In this document: positions 62,008-64,000 of the stretch, in pieces | Position numbering within the stretch: the first letter of the stretch is position 1 | Layout: each line of letters starts with the position of its first letter | Assembly: GCA_965218425.1 (NCBI GenBank) | Contig: OZ244621.1 | Coordinates: forward strand, 4,384,001-4,448,000 | Length of the DNA: 64,000 bases | Source of the DNA: an uncultured Candidatus Binatia bacterium | Lineage (GTDB): Bacteria; Desulfobacterota; Binatia; UBA9968; CAXXLF01 | Direction: 5' to 3' | The notes under the pieces: model-generated | The model's database searches: none | The model's input: only the letters and a program-made list of their open reading frames with translations | Told to the model about the DNA's origin: nothing | Position numbers and translations under genes: made by a program

Positions 62008-63992
62008 TTAAATAGATTTCAATAAATCTTGAAGAGCGGATTCAAGCTCACCAAGTATATTTACCTGCATCGCAGGAAAATGTTCTGGCTCGAATGTGGA
62101 AGGGGTTGGAGACCCTGAATATTTTTTAAACGTCCTACCTATCTCCTTCCTCCTCTTGCTAATTTTTCCCGGCTTCCCGTGATCAACATCATGCTCTAAA
62201 TCAGTGCGAAGATTTCGAATATCCTTAAACACAGTCGGCTCATTCTTTAGACGATTTCCGGATCCCTCCCAAAATACGAAATATAGATCATCAATAAATG
62301 TTTTGTAAGTAGCATAATCTTTTACGGGTTTTCTAAGATTTCTTAAACCTGCCGACGTTTTATTGGTTAATTTGAACAGGTCTATACCATTTTTATGTGT
62401 GACCTGCCCCCAGGAGTGGTACCACCCTTTAAGTTAGAGCCGGAATTATCTGGAGTCCAGCCCATGGGGATGAATTCCCAGCCTGCGCTCTGGGCAGAAA
62501 GGCCTCCGGTGCCGGAGAACGATAGCCCAGGGCGCTGTGAGGCCGCCGCTGGTTATACTCTCTTCTCCATCTTTCGATCAGCACCTGAGCTTCCCTCAGG
62601 GTTTCAAACACCTCCCGGTTGAGCAGCTCATCCCTGAGTTTTCCGTTTAAAACTCTCCACGTAGCCATTCTCCCAAGGACTGCCAGGCTCGATGTAGAGT
62701 GTCCTGACACCAATGGCCTTGAGCCAGTCCCGGATAGCCTGAGCCGTAAACTCGGGGCCATTGTCGGACCGAAGGGACTGCGGCACGCCCCGTTCCACGA
62801 ATAGCTCCGCTAACCGTTCCAGCACATCCCGGTGATTCATCCGTCTGGCCACATCAATCGCCAAGCACTCCCGGGTGTATTCATCCAGGATGCTCAACAG
62901 CCGAAAGGCCCGACCGTCTTCGGTTCGCTCGTGCACGAAGTCATAACTCCACACATGGTTTCGATGCGCCGGTCTCAGGCGAATGCAGGAGCCATCAGTC
63001 AACCGGAGCCTCCCTCGCTTAGGCTGACGGCTGAGGACTTTCAGCCCTTCCTGCCTCCAGAGCCTCTCCACTCGCTTGTGGTTGACCTTCCACCCCTCCC
63101 CACGCAGCATGGCCGTAATCCTCCGGTAGCCGTATCGCCCGTATTCGCTGGCCAGCTCCATCATCCGAGCCACTAGTCTTGCTTCCTCTTCCGGGATCTC
63201 TCGGACTCTTCGTTGCGTCGATCGCGGCTGTCCCAACACTTGGCAAGCCCGGCGTTCGCAGACTCGATCAGGTCCCAATCTTTCTCTGGCCCATATCACC
63301 GCTCGTCTCCTCTTCGCCGGGCCTAGAAGTTTCCCGAGGACACTTCCTTCAGGATCTGGTTGTCCAGCGATAGATCCGCCACCAGCTTCTTCAACCGCGC
63401 ATTCTCCTTGTCCAAGGCCTTGAGCCTCTTGGCCTGATCCATCTTCAGGCCTCCATATTCCTTCCTCCACCGGTAGTAGGTCTGCACGGTTACCCCCACC
63501 TGCTTGCACACCTGGCCCACCGCCTTCCCTTGGGCCAAGCTCACCTCCGCCTCACGCAGCTTGAGGATAATCTACTCGGCCGTAAATCGCTTTCTTGCCA
63601 TCCTTGCCTCCTTCCTAAAATCAAAATCCCTAACATTTCACCTGGACTCGTTTTAGGGGGCAAGGTCAGTCGGATACGTCAGGAGCCAAATCACGATAAT
63701 ACTGCGCTTTAAAGTTCTTTGAAGATTCCGCAGACAACGAAAGAGCGTTATTAAAAAATTCTAAAATCGTTGCAAGACGCTGCTGACCATCAACAACTTC
63801 GAATTCTTCTGGATTATCAGATGTTTTCAAGAAATAAAATTTTGGTAATTTCCACCCTCTTAATATACTGTCTATGAGTTTTTGTTTTTTAGCAGTATCC
63901 CAGACTTCTTCGCGTTGCCAATCAGGGATCTCATAGCGGTGCCGACGCTTATATATTTTGTCCAGAGCTCTATTATTTGAGGAAATTTCCAT
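62008..63992 (-). pseudogene. DUF262 (GmrSD/ParB-like) protein disrupted by an IS; pieces 63669-63992 and probably 62008-62397
   Basis: PDWQR, LIDSIL, VVDGQQRL motifs; open AT-rich frame resumes on the other side of the IS. Confidence 0.75.
62400..63668 (-). mobile_element. IS3 family element, copy 3 (1269 bp), inactivated
   Basis: Same IRs; CAG>TAG at 63572-63574; extra T at 62646-62648; no target duplication. Confidence 0.93.
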
Positions 63993-64000
63993 TACTTTGT

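Overview
Bacterial chromosomal segment with moderately high GC. The gene content (Rieske oxygenase, amidohydrolases, VOC proteins, arylsulfotransferases, TctC-like binding protein, LemA/TPM) resembles uncultured deltaproteobacteria such as Ca. Binatia; this assignment is inference only. The window holds catabolic/transport genes with many pseudogene fragments, an accessory region at about 26.4-35.4 kb (degenerate tRNA-Thr 3' end, IS3, IS5 and IS1595 remnants, RpoD-like sigma paralogue, XRE regulator, RRM and SPFH genes), and a defence-type island after tRNA-Arg(CCG) hit by three copies of one IS3 element. Best findings: (1) a cobalamin-independent methionine-synthase-like gene (40993-42102) with an in-frame TGA at the zinc-ligand Cys of HLCRGN followed by a SECIS-like hairpin, i.e. 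a likely selenoprotein split by the ORF caller; (2) an Eco29kI-like GIY-YIG restriction endonuclease, absent from the ORF track as a whole gene, cut off from its start codon by an IS with a clear 4-bp target duplication; (3) an asnB + methyltransferase + osmoprotectant-ABC remnant operon; (4) an OmpA/MotB protein with three near-identical 243-bp coiled-coil repeats; (5) several dispersed non-coding structured repeats.
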